A stretch of DNA of 64,000 nt from Sminthopsis crassicaudata (Eukaryota). A program made the position numbers and the translations under genes. The notes beneath the pieces were generated by a model. That model did not search any database. It was not told where the DNA came from and was given only the letters and a program-made list of their open reading frames with translations. Location of the stretch: the NCBI RefSeq assembly GCF_048593235.1, contig NC_133620.1:296561765-296625764 (forward strand), read 5' to 3'. Shown here one piece after another: positions 35,077 to 57,871 of the stretch (position 1 is its first letter; the number at the start of each line of letters is the position of its first letter).

Positions 35077-37029
35077 TTAATTTATATAATAGAAAATAGA
35101 GCTGGAAAGGAGTCTTTAAGAAGCAGTCCAATCTAAATCCTTTCATTTAAGTTAAGGAACATTACCACATTTGAGTCTCACTCAACTTTGGAATGAAGGA
35201 ATTATTCCCATTTTATAGATTAGGAAACTGGTGCTTAGAAAGGTTAAGGAATTTATCCAGCAAGTGGATCTCCAGGGTTGGATTTGACCATTGTCCACTG
35301 GACCAGGCCTGAGAATTCTTAGATTTAGAAAGCATTGTTTCAGTGGGTGTTACTCTCACCCTTCTAATTAAGGCAGCTTTTCCTTTAGTCTGCCTTTCTC
35401 TGTAGAGATGAAGGTTCTTGTGTTATGATGTAGGTAAAGAAGGCTCTTGCCTTCTGCTTTGGGGAGAGGAGGGGGAGGGAGAAGAGGGACAGAGACTGAA
35501 TTCACCAGAAGTCCCTGCTGGTCTCTGGACTGGGTTGGAAATTTCCCCGCTGTGCCGGCATATGCATAAAGATGAACTTTCCAACCACCCCCAGAACTTT
35601 ACCCTGAACTCTCCCCCAGCTTCCTGCATTTCAGTAGCTAGCTTACTTTGCCCCTTTCCTCCCCTTCAGTGACTCCTGCCTTTGAAGGAGGTGATGAGAC
35701 AAGACCGGAAAGGTCTGGAGGCTGGGAGCCTGGACGGGTTGGATATCCATTTCCCCCCAAGCCGAGTGAATGTTGCTTGGGAGACACAAGCGAGCCTGCT
35801 CCGATTTAAAGGAGGAAGTAAAATAAGCCCTCGGCTTCTTTAAGGAAGTGGGCGGGTTATGAGTGAGAGGGGGAGGATGATGTCACTGAGTACCAGCCCA
35901 CTCTCTGCACCCCCCTCTTTTTTTTCTCCCCCCCCACCCCTTCCGCTGCGCAAGTAGCCACGTCACGGGCAACCCCCGAAATCCCCCTCCCCTCGTGTTG
36001 GGGGGTGGGGGCCACGTGGGCCGTGGGGAGCGCGTGGACCATACTGAGGAAGGGCACAGAGGATATTCGAGCTGTGAAAGAGGGGCCACTCTGGACCTGG
36101 GTGCGTGACTTTACTAGGATGGGGATTAGAAAGCAGGTTTGGAGACTAGGGATGAGATCAGTGCCCATTAAGGGTGAATACTGGATAGAAAAGAAAAGAT
36201 TTAGGAAGTCAGTTAAGGGATTATTAAGGATTCAGGAGGTAAAAGACTGGAAGAGTTTATAATTACGATGTAGGAATTGGGACAGAGTTTCTGGGAGAGG
36301 AGGGAAATTTAGAAAATCACTGTTCACCGTCTGTGGTGTTGGTTGTCAACTGGCAAAGAATTAGGATTATTTTGGGATTTTTGTGTGCTTGGGAAATTTC
36401 TGTCTTAAGGTTGGTTTGGAAAAGAGACTGAAGGCTTGGGACGAGTTGAGACTATCCGGGAACTAGTTGTGTACAGTATTTCAAAGCCTGGGGTCCAGGC
36501 TGTTGCTACTCTGAGAGTGATGCTTGGGGGCAGGTTGTTTTTGTCTTGGAGTTGAGTTATATATTGTTCTTGGTTTCTGTCTCAGTTGAAGGAGGGGGGG
36601 GGACAGTTGCATAGGTGGGGGAAAGCTGCTAGTGCCATTGGTGTTAAGGTCTGCTCCACTGTGTTGATATGTCTGTATTCCTCTTTTCGGAGTCTCTCAT
36701 TGGTTTGACCCAATCTCTTTGCCTGATCTGTTCTGGTATCTCCTCGTGCCTGAACAAGAGTAGCGAAGTCATAAAGGAATTGTGGGGAGCTCAGGATGAG
36801 GGTAGAGACACTCGTGGGTGTTCAATGGTAGGGACCCTTTGGTGGGAGAAACAGGGTCATGTAGGGGTCATCGTAACCACCACCCCGTCATCCCCCACCC
36901 CCACCCCCAGCTAAGCTTGTCTGACCAGCTTCCCTGATCTTCTCTCCCCTTTCTGCTTTAACCCAATCTCCATTGGCTACAATGCTCGCCCCCCTACCAA
37001 GCTAACGTCTTTCCATTGGTCCCTGGCAG

Positions 37030-37126
37030 GCTGTTACTGAGGCAGACAGACAACCAAGGCGATGATTCGCTCTCGGGGGAGGGAGTTAGCCCTGTGATTG
37101 GACAGATTCCTAGAGTGGAGAGCTCG
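37030..37126 (+). other. KDM6B: KDM6B 5'UTR exon
   Basis: cag|GCTGTTACTGAGG...TCG|gtaagt; similar to the human UTR exon as recalled. Confidence 0.75.
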
Positions 37127-37287
37127 GTAAGTAGGGAGGCGGGGGGGAGGGAGGGAGGTGGGAGGGGCTTGGGGCAGTAGTCGGGTCTTACTGCTCCTGA
37201 TCCCAGATTTGAGCTTTTCCTCTTCTTTCTCTTCCCTTTCTCTCTCCTTTCCCCCCCTTTCTTTCCTTTTTCTTTCTTTCTCTACAG

Positions 37288-37434
37288 AATTACCTGGAAA
37301 ACTGCCCCAGAACATACGGAGGGCTGTGGTCGTAGAGGCAGAAGCTAGAACGCTGCCTCTGAGGAGCTTTAGCCGGCTGGCAAGGGTGGGGGGCCAGCCC
37401 GATTTTAGGGGCTCCCGGGGCCACCGCTGACCTG
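37288..37434 (+). other. KDM6B: KDM6B 5'UTR exon
   Basis: Long CT tract with acag acceptor; ends GCTGACCTG|gtgagt. Confidence 0.8.
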
Positions 37435-37438
37435 GTGA

Positions 37439-49291
<11,853 letters not shown>

Positions 49292-50665
49292 TAGGGCTAA
49301 GAAAATGTCAAAGCCCAGTTTCTGCCATCACAGCACAGCCCACATCCCATACCCTGGGGGTTGGGGTAGGGGCCTTCCCAGGGAGAGGGAGGAGCCAGAG
49401 CCTAGAGAGGGAGGGGGCAGGGCTGAATTCCTCTCCCACAGGCAGCTCCCCCTCCCTTACTTAATTTATTCAGAAAAGGTTTGGGGGGGGTCTTTTTTGT
49501 TTTTGTTTTGTTTTGTTTTTGTTTTTAAAAAAAACACCAATATGAGGGAAAAAAAAGAATTCTAAAAAAAGATAGGGGTGGGGACCAGAGGATCCTCCTC
49601 ACCAGCCCCACTCCTCCACCCAGCCTTGGCCAGACCCCTTCTTTCCCCTACCAACATTGGCCTTTGTGATAATAGATAAAAGGAGTAATGGGGCTCTGGG
49701 GAGGATGATGGTGGAGGGGTCAGATACGGGTTCCAGTTCCCTCACTCCTGTCATGGTCCTCTGGGGTGGGGGTGGGGGATGTGCAGGGCAGAGTGGGTAA
49801 GGTTTTTAACAAGACTCTTTGTATGGGCTTTATCCCCATCCCACATCATCTAGGACTTCCCTTTTTGTACTTTGGTTGCTCCCTGTGACCCACCCTAGCC
49901 ATGCGTGTCTGTCTCTTCTATTTGTTCACTTGGTTATGATTTATATTTTCTATTTTCATTTTTAATTTATAACAGTCTTACTCTATTTATTCAGTTTTGG
50001 GGAAACAGGATCTTCCCCTTGTCCCCTTTCTTACCACCTTCAGTGCCATCCTCCCTCCTTCTGGCAGTGGGTTTTTAGTAGACTGCTCTCTGCCCCATTT
50101 TTCCTATGTTCCCATCTCCCATTTCTGTCATCCTTATGTCCAGCTGTTCCACTTGTCTCTTTTCCCAATGCTCCATTTTCCCCCAGGCTCTGGCCTTATT
50201 ATCATGGTGCTCAAACCCCATCCTTTTTTCCTATCAATCCCAGATTCCTGCACTTTCTTGGGCCAGGCCCCTTTTCCCCCTTCCATCATCCTTCCCTCCC
50301 TGGACCTTCAAGAGGGCAAGTGAGTGGCTCCTGTACTAAAGGAGTAGGTGTGGAAACAGAAATTTGTTATAGTACATGTAACAAAAAGAATGGAGGAAAA
50401 GGAAGATCTTTGGGCTATGCCCCCCTTCTGCACCCATTTTTAAACATGGATTTTAAAATGAAACAGCCGGGGGAAGTGAGGATGATGACCTCTGTGCGAT
50501 TGTCTATCTGGAGTTTTGTTTTAATTTTGTTGGCTGTTCTTTTCTCCTCTGGGAGGGGGGCCCTCCCATCCCTCCTTGCCCTCCCCTCACTGCACTGCTG
50601 CTCTGCCCCAGGGCAGAGGCCTCTATTCCCTACCCCTACTTTTGGTGAATTTGTGTGAAAATATT

Positions 50666-50677
50666 ATTAAAAATAAA
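50666..50677 (+). terminator. KDM6B polyadenylation signals
   Basis: ATTAAA at 50666 and AATAAA at 50672, about 1.4 kb after the stop codon. Confidence 0.75.
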
Positions 50678-51049
50678 TGCAGAAAAAACCGTTTTGATAA
50701 TGGGATTGTGTTAGTGTGCAATTTAAGCCCTGCGACTGGGGTTGGGAAAACTAGTCTACTTGGTGTTATAGTGGATGGGAGAAGTATAGCAGGAACAGAT
50801 TTTGGAAAGGGGGGGAGGTGGGATCTGGGATCTGGATGGGGGGAAGGGAATGGAGTTGGGCAGAAGTACCCCCCTACACATACATCTTCCAGAAACATTT
50901 GTGGAATGTGCAGGGCTCCCAAATCCAACCTAAAAATGAGAGGGGGTGGAAGGAACTAAACCAGAGCCACATTCCAGGATAAGTAAGGTGGGAGTGTAAA
51001 TGAAGAGAGGGTTGGGCCAGAGGGAGGGCAGGAAAGGGAGGATGACTGC

Positions 51050-51056
51050 TATATAA
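51050..51056 (+). promoter_or_regulatory. TATA box, TMEM88
   Basis: TATATAA 47 nt before the ATG. Confidence 0.5.
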
Positions 51057-51096
51057 TGGTTGGACACAGGAATCACGAAGCCAGGGTCTGATTGCA

Positions 51097-51995
51097 ATGG
51101 CAGAAGGCCCTAGGGCTCATCACCCACCACCTTACAGTGGAGGTGGGGACTTTGAACCTCGAGACCCACTGGACTGCTGGGCCTGTGCTGTGCTAGTCAC
51201 AGCCCAGAATCTGCTTGTGGCCACTTTCAACCTCTTGCTGCTGGGTGTGGTGTTAGGAACAATACTGCTGCCTGCCCTCCTCATGCTGGGCTTTGGCTTC
51301 CTCTGCCACTCAAAGGTAATTACAAGCTGTGTCTTAGCCTCTTTTCCTTCTTCCCCTGGATTTTGCCTTACCCCTTTCTTTTGCTTCTTTGGGAGACATG
51401 GGGGGGCGGGGGCGAGTGAGGAATGAAATGCAAAAGTAGTCCTCAGTTCACTCTAAAAGAAGCATCTAGCTAGATTCTAGAGGGCTAAATGCTGAGGTTC
51501 AGAGCAGGGATCTATTTAGGAGGATGAGGGTTCTCTTGGGCTCTCATTCCCTGATTTCTATTTCCAACTGAATTTACCTCAAGCTTAGAAATCTGATCTC
51601 ATTGCAGCCTCTCACTACTCTGTTTCCCCCTCCCCCATACCAAGATTCAATCAATGTTTTTTGCTTTTGAGATTCTTGTGTGTTTGGGTCCCTCTTCTTA
51701 TTCCACTTTTACTTCTTCCTAGTTCCTACACTCTCAGGCACTCCCTTGTACTGCCCACTTTCAAGACCCAGGATTCACAGTGCTGCTGGTGGTGGGTTTC
51801 CTGCTCCTGGTGCCTTTGCTGATTCTCGCATTAGCTGGTTACCGCCGCCTGTACTGCCATCTCCGCCTTGCTGACTGCCTGGTACCCTATAGCAGAGCCA
51901 TTTACCAGAATGGGGGCCTCTCCCATTCTGCAACTCTAAGAGCTCCCAGAGCATCACAATCCCTTCCCACTGCCACTAGCAAAGTCTGGGTCTGA
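51097..51995 (+). CDS. TMEM88: Transmembrane protein 88 (Dishevelled-binding Wnt inhibitor), join(51097..51315,51723..51995), 163 aa
   Basis: EPRDPLDCWACAVLVTAQNLLV; two hydrophobic segments; C-terminal PDZ ligand KVWV*; GT-AG intron in phase 0. Confidence 0.95.
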
Positions 51996-52344
51996 AAGGC
52001 CCATCCCTCCCTCCCCCAATTTAGTTAAAATAGTCCCTCCTAATTGCCAATTTAAACCTCTAGGAACCTGTGCCATCTATTAGATATATGGAAACAGGAA
52101 ATGTTTAGATCGATGTTAATAGAAAATAATCTATTTGGACGAAACATGAAAAAATCTCCATCTTTGGAGAAATTCATTCTCTTTCATTGTGTACATCTGA
52201 AATATATTCCATGCTACATCTGAACATGGGGGCTAGATGTTGAGTTTTGGCGTATCTGAACAATCTCTGAAATAACCCTAAATTCAAATTGTTCCACGGG
52301 GACAGTAAAACAATGTTAAAAAGGATAAACTATCAGGGTTCATG

Positions 52345-52350
52345 AATAAA
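52345..52350 (+). terminator. Candidate TMEM88 polyadenylation signal
   Basis: First AATAAA after the stop codon. Confidence 0.5.
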
Positions 52351-53570
52351 GGGTTAATGAATTTGCTTCAGATTCAAATTCTTAGCTACAAACATCACTT
52401 TTTCCCTAGGGGTCTAGAAAGTCTGCTAACTTTAAGTCTGAACAGAAGTGAATTGATTTGAAGAACTCTGGACAAGTAACCACTCCCTTTGCTGTTTGCA
52501 GAAGCTGGGAAAAATCACAGGCCACTAAACCTTCCACCCTTATCTTATCTGTAAGGTTTTCCTGGCCAGATCCTCCAGACAAGTCTCTGGGGTTCAACCT
52601 TCCTCATTCACTGCTGACTTAGGAGATGGAAACTCTACCTCTGGCTCCCAGCCCTTGCTCCCTTTGGGACCAAGGTGTCCCAGCCAAGAGTGTGGTCTAT
52701 TCTCTGTCTCCAGTCCAGAGGAATTTTGTCTTGCCAGGCCGGGGCTAGAAACAATGAGACATCAAGTACAGGATGGAGGGTCCCCACACCCTCCCAATTG
52801 GGTCACCTTAAGGTCTTGGGTATGAGTGTGTGTACATATGGGAGAATGGGACAGCAGCCATAGAAGGCAGGTGTGTGCTTGGATTTTATTCTAGACAAAC
52901 TTTCACAAGCAGGCTTTTTGGCAAACATACTGCCTGAAACTTCCCTTCCAAGGATCCTGTCCTACATCCTTCCCCATCACTCCACCCTTTTCCTGCCGAG
53001 ACAACCTGGAGTCAGTGTGTGAAGAAACCAACTTCATTTAAAGGGTCCTGTGATGAAAAGTAGATTCATTCCCCTTCTCCTGCATAATTTGGTATAGCTA
53101 GCCACATCTCCTAGATGTTCAAGCCTAACATAAACTCAAAGTTGTTAATTCTATCATTTTACAGCAGAAGAAACTAAGGCCCAGAAAAGCTGGAGCTTGT
53201 CCATGGTCCCATAAGCAAATTGGTGACAGAGTAAGGACTATATATACTTTTTCTGTTCTTCCCAGTCAATTTTTGGCAGAAAGGGAGTCAGGAAGAGGCT
53301 TATCTCATTTCTCTGGTATCACTGGACAATATATTCTTTGTAAGGGGCTTCTTTCTCTGGGCACTTCAAAACTAGAAGTTGGTTTTTTCTTCTACAAGGC
53401 CCAGGAATAGGCTTAGGGAGTTGGCCTCCCAGCCACCCTCCCCACCCAAGCAGTACAAGGTCAATAGATCATAGGCTTTAATCAGAAGATGAATGAGGGA
53501 AGATGACGGTAAGACAGACAAATCACAGCTTCCCAGGCTGCCTTCCCTAGTGGGTGCTGAGGGCCAGGAA

Positions 53571-54661
53571 TCACAGATAAGGAGAGGTCAGGCTCTCCCT
53601 TTGTACTTCAACAGAAACGATGTGGTGTCCAGGAACCATAGCCAACCCCAGGACACGGGGCTCCCCAGCAGAGAAGGAATCTGAAAAAGAAAGTTGGGGG
53701 GAATGTGAGGGAAGTGTCAAGGAATGTGCCAAGCTATACATTTAGTGCTTTCTGAATCAGTTATGGACTTTTACTGACAGCGTCCTAAAATGGCAATCAA
53801 GAAACTTGGTGTGACCTTAGACATCACCCATCATCTTTGTAAAATGTAATTAAAACCTACCCGATATAACAGTCACGGCCAACATTTCTCTAGTTTACCA
53901 AGCATTTTCCTTACAACCCTGCAAAATAGGTAATGCAGGAATTATCTCCATTTCTAGAAATAAGTAAATCGGGGCTTAGCAAAGTGATCCCCCCCCTCAT
54001 ATTCTAACCAAAACTAGAACCCAAATCTCAGGGGTCCTGTCCTCTGCACCCAGACTGCCTCAGCCGAGGCCAAGGGTCAGATGAAGACCTGAGGCATAAC
54101 AGGGGCACCCTTAGTGAATGCCCAGGAGAAACCCAGATACGGGGGTACGAGCACGGGCACGCGCACGCGATCTGACCCGTGGGCTTGAGGAACTCCTGAG
54201 CGGAGCCCAGGATGACATTGCAGTCGCGATCCGTGCACAGGAAGCAGCCCACCAGAGTGCGCCCGTCAGTCATGCGAATGCGCATGTTCTTGTTGAGCAG
54301 GCCTTCCAAACGCCTGCGCGCACGAGCAGCCACCGCCGAGTCTTCGCGCTCTCCGTCAGAGTCCTGTAGCCCGGGGGGAGGGAGGACATAGTGTTCAGCT
54401 AGCCGAAGGATCCAGCGAAACTACTACTCCCAGGAGTCCCCATAGCCCAAGAGCACTGGAATGAGGAAAAGTTGCCCCAACGACTGCCGGGAGATTGTAG
54501 TTCTTGCCCTATCCTCCTCCCTACGCCTCTCCGCCCGTCGCTTTGCCCCCTCTCCCGATTCCGGTTGCCCCGCTGCTGACCCCAGCGCTGGAGCTGCTCT
54601 GGCGTCGGCTGCAGCAGCCGTTCTCCTCTCGCAGCAGTACGGTCGCCCCAGCTCCTGCCAT
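53571..54661 (-). CDS. NAA38: N-alpha-acetyltransferase 38, NatC auxiliary Sm-like subunit (LSMD1), complement(join(53571..53680,54177..54363,54581..54661)), 125 aa
   Basis: [27 protein letters not shown] / DSDGERED...[32 protein letters not shown] / [22 protein letters not shown]...YL*; phases consistent. Confidence 0.96.
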
Positions 54662-55620
54662 CGGACTTCAGCGGTGGCTCTTCCTCTGGGGCCCCTCCTC
54701 GCTTTCTCCAGAAATACTTAATGCGCGCAGCCTAAAATCTCGCGGGACCTAGAGCAAACGGAGGGGAGGAGGGTGGGAAAGGCGTGTCTCGAAGAGAGCT
54801 TTGGTTCCAAGCTCTCTTCTTTCTCGCGATACCACTCAAACCAATAGCTCGAATGCTTCCGTCTCCTTGGCAACTTCTCGCTTTTGTAAAGCTCCGCCTG
54901 CTTCCTAGAAGTGTTAGCTCACTGAATAAAGACAGGCATCGGAGCCTCGACCCATCTTCTTTGGACTTCCAAATTATTAGGAGAAAACACTAATTTTGGC
55001 ATATCTCACCTCCTTTCCCCCTATTTCATGAGATTTATAGTCCCAATATTCGCCGTATGCTGTGAATATGCTGTAGCAAACTAATGTTCATGTGTCCCGC
55101 TTACTTCGTATTCCCAAACTACGGTTCCCATGAAGCTGTGCAGCCGCACTGAAACATTTCCCACCCCCAACCTTTCCCAGAAAGGCAAAGATCTTCCTTT
55201 GCCTAGGGCCTGCCACTCCCGTGGACGGTGGCCCGCAAAGGACAATGGTTCCCATGTCAGCGGGAAACCGCGTTCCCCCTCCCCCATGGTAAGAGCGAGA
55301 AAAAGGAGAGCGCGGTGGTGGAGTAAGGTGTATAGTGAAACCCTGAAGGTGCACCTTGTAAGAGGTGTAGAGTAGAGTTTTCTGTCTTTAAGAAGGGGGT
55401 GGCCCCAGGAGTGGGGAGCAATGCTGGATGTGGAAGATAGTGAAATCTTTGAAAAGCCGACCCGGGGACTCGTGGCCGGCCCGAACTTGCGGTATTTTCG
55501 GCGTCGCTATTTCAATAAGGCCGAAGTGGCCAAGCACAATACGGCCGATGACCTGTGGGTAACCTACCTGGGCTCTGTGTACAACCTCACCTCTCTAGCC
55601 CAGGAGTACAAAGGTGAGGC
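54100..55620. promoter_or_regulatory. CpG island; NAA38/CYB5D1 bidirectional promoter
   Basis: CpG-rich; divergent ATGs 759 nt apart (54661 and 55421); ZNF143-, BANP- and RFX-type motifs. Confidence 0.8.
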
Positions 55621-56964
55621 ATGGAGAGGGGGTGGGGATGGTGGAAGACGATCCCCGGGATGTAGAAAGGATCCGACATTGGGCTAATATCCCCCTTCTC
55701 CCATTTTCTCCCTTCCCCCGCCTCCCCACAGGGAGCGTGCTGATGAAACCCATTCTGGAGGCGGCAGGACAGGACATCAGCCACTGGTTTGACCCCAGTA
55801 CCAGCGATGTGAGTACTAGAGCCCCTGGCTGGGGAGTGTGGGGCCGTGGGGAGAGATTTCAGTGTATGGACTAAGGTGGGGTTCATCTGTGCCTTTCCTT
55901 TTTGGAAGATCCAAACGCACATAGACCCGCTGACCGGCTGCCTGAAGTATTATACCCCCAGAGGGCGCTTCGTACACATCCCTCCGCAGCTGCCTCGCTC
56001 TGATTGGGCCAATGACTTTGGCCAGCCGTGGTGGAGGCAGTCCAAGTATGAGGTGGGACTGCTCTCCAGCAAGACCCGGCTCATTCGAATCATCAATACG
56101 CTCACTTCTCAGGAGCACACTCTGGAGGTGAGAAGTCCGGGTGGGGAAAGGGGAGGTGGGAACAAGCAGGAGAGAGTCCCCACCCCCAATAGGAAAGACA
56201 AATGGAATCTTCTCACCAGACCCCCCTAGACTAACTGACTGCCAATGGTTTTCTTGGAGCTTTTTTGCTGAAGATTCTGTGGAGGGTTGCATTTTTCACC
56301 TGGCATATCCTCCAAGGTTAGAAAATTTGGGGCAGGGTAAAATTATCCAAGATATTCCTAAAATTCTTCCAGTGTAAAGATAACTGGGATTGACGTCTTC
56401 TGTGGTCACTGTCAGGCACTGTTGGGAACTGTGGTTCCGTTTGCATAGAGGAAGCGGTAATCATTCTATAGAAATCTTTTTAGAAACAGGATTCGATTCT
56501 GGAAATGGTGCATTGAGGTTAATTGTTTATAGTTAAGAAAGATTATAACTGTGAGGGTCAGATTTAGGGTTCTGTATTTTATAATGTCTCTTAAGAATGT
56601 TGTATTCTAGGACTTCCAGACCTCTGAATCTGTTGCTTGATAAGAATTCTGACCTGTATCATCAGGCTTTATTTTGCCTTAGCTGTAGGATTGCTATTCT
56701 GAGATCCTTCCAGAGCTCTGATCCTTCATCTAGGTGGGGGAACTGGAATCCATGTGGGAAATCCTACATCGGTATCTACCCTACAATGCTCATGCTGCCA
56801 GCTACACTTGGAAATTTAATGGAGTCAATCTCGACATGGACAAGACTCTGGAGCAAAATGGAATTGTGGATGAGGATCATGACTTCGAACAACTTAACAT
56901 GGACCCAGAGCTGTATACACCTGCCTTGTTACTATACTTCAATGATGACCTCACTGAACTATAA
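55421..56964 (+). CDS. CYB5D1: Cytochrome b5 domain-containing protein 1, join(55421..55613,55732..55808,55909..56127,56734..56964), 239 aa
   Basis: RGLVAGP...[44 protein letters not shown]; 720 nt in phase. Exact start codon is less certain (see findings). Confidence 0.94.
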
Positions 56965-57871
56965 GGAGATACACATTTAATATGTAGACTAGAGAGAGAA
57001 CAGGGTGTATGGCTCAGTCTCTGTGCCCTGGGGAGAAGCGGGAAGTTTAAATTTAGTTCTCCATCCCACTCTTGAGCTCTTAACTCTCAGTTCCTGATTT
57101 CCACCAAGGCTCCATATCCCTTGGAAACTCAGAAGAGCTTTTCTTAGCTCCCATTTTATATAGCACCCTGAGGAGATTGGGATTTTATTTTTTTTAATCA
57201 GGATCAAAGTGAGATTAAATTCATCCAAGCAGCTTCATTAACAAGGTGAGAGTACAATGAAAATTGGGGTCTTCTTTTTTCCTGTCCTGTGAAGAGATAC
57301 TGAGACAAGCATTAGGGAAGTGGTAAAAGAATCTTGCCTCAAAGTGAAGGCAGAGAGGAAACAAGCAAGGACCTTAGGGTCTGTATTCAGATACAATAAG
57401 AATTTATTTTTCTTTTCTAGGATAATGGTAGGAAACTAAATTACTATGGAATTGGGGGAACTTCTTGAAGCACTTTGAAACTGTGGAATCAACAAACATT
57501 TTTTATGCACTTACTTTTTGAAATTCACACCAACACAGTCATAGGGTTACAGAAACAAAAATGAAACATCTTGCTCTTAACCACCTTATATTATTCCACT
57601 AAGGGTAAGAAAAATGTGTCTGCCATTATCCAGTGGGTGGGCTCATGCTCTGCTCAGCTAAAGGTCATGCAGAAGCACTTATCTATTCCACTTATTCTAC
57701 CAGTCCATCAAATACTATATTCTCTCTGCCTTATACACTGAGTTTGGGCTTTTTTGCAAAGCTGGATGCTTTCTACGGCCATATCTGGAAGTGTAGTCAA
57801 CCACCCTTCTTATTTGGAGTCACTATTAGGAAAAGGATGTCATTCAGAAAGCAGGGGGAACAAGAGAAAGG

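Noticed and set aside
54028-54333. 101-aa ORF starting MAARARRR as the NAA38 protein
   Set aside because: It is exon 2 read from an internal GTG into intron 2; the true ATG is at 54661 and the C-terminus is in exon 3.
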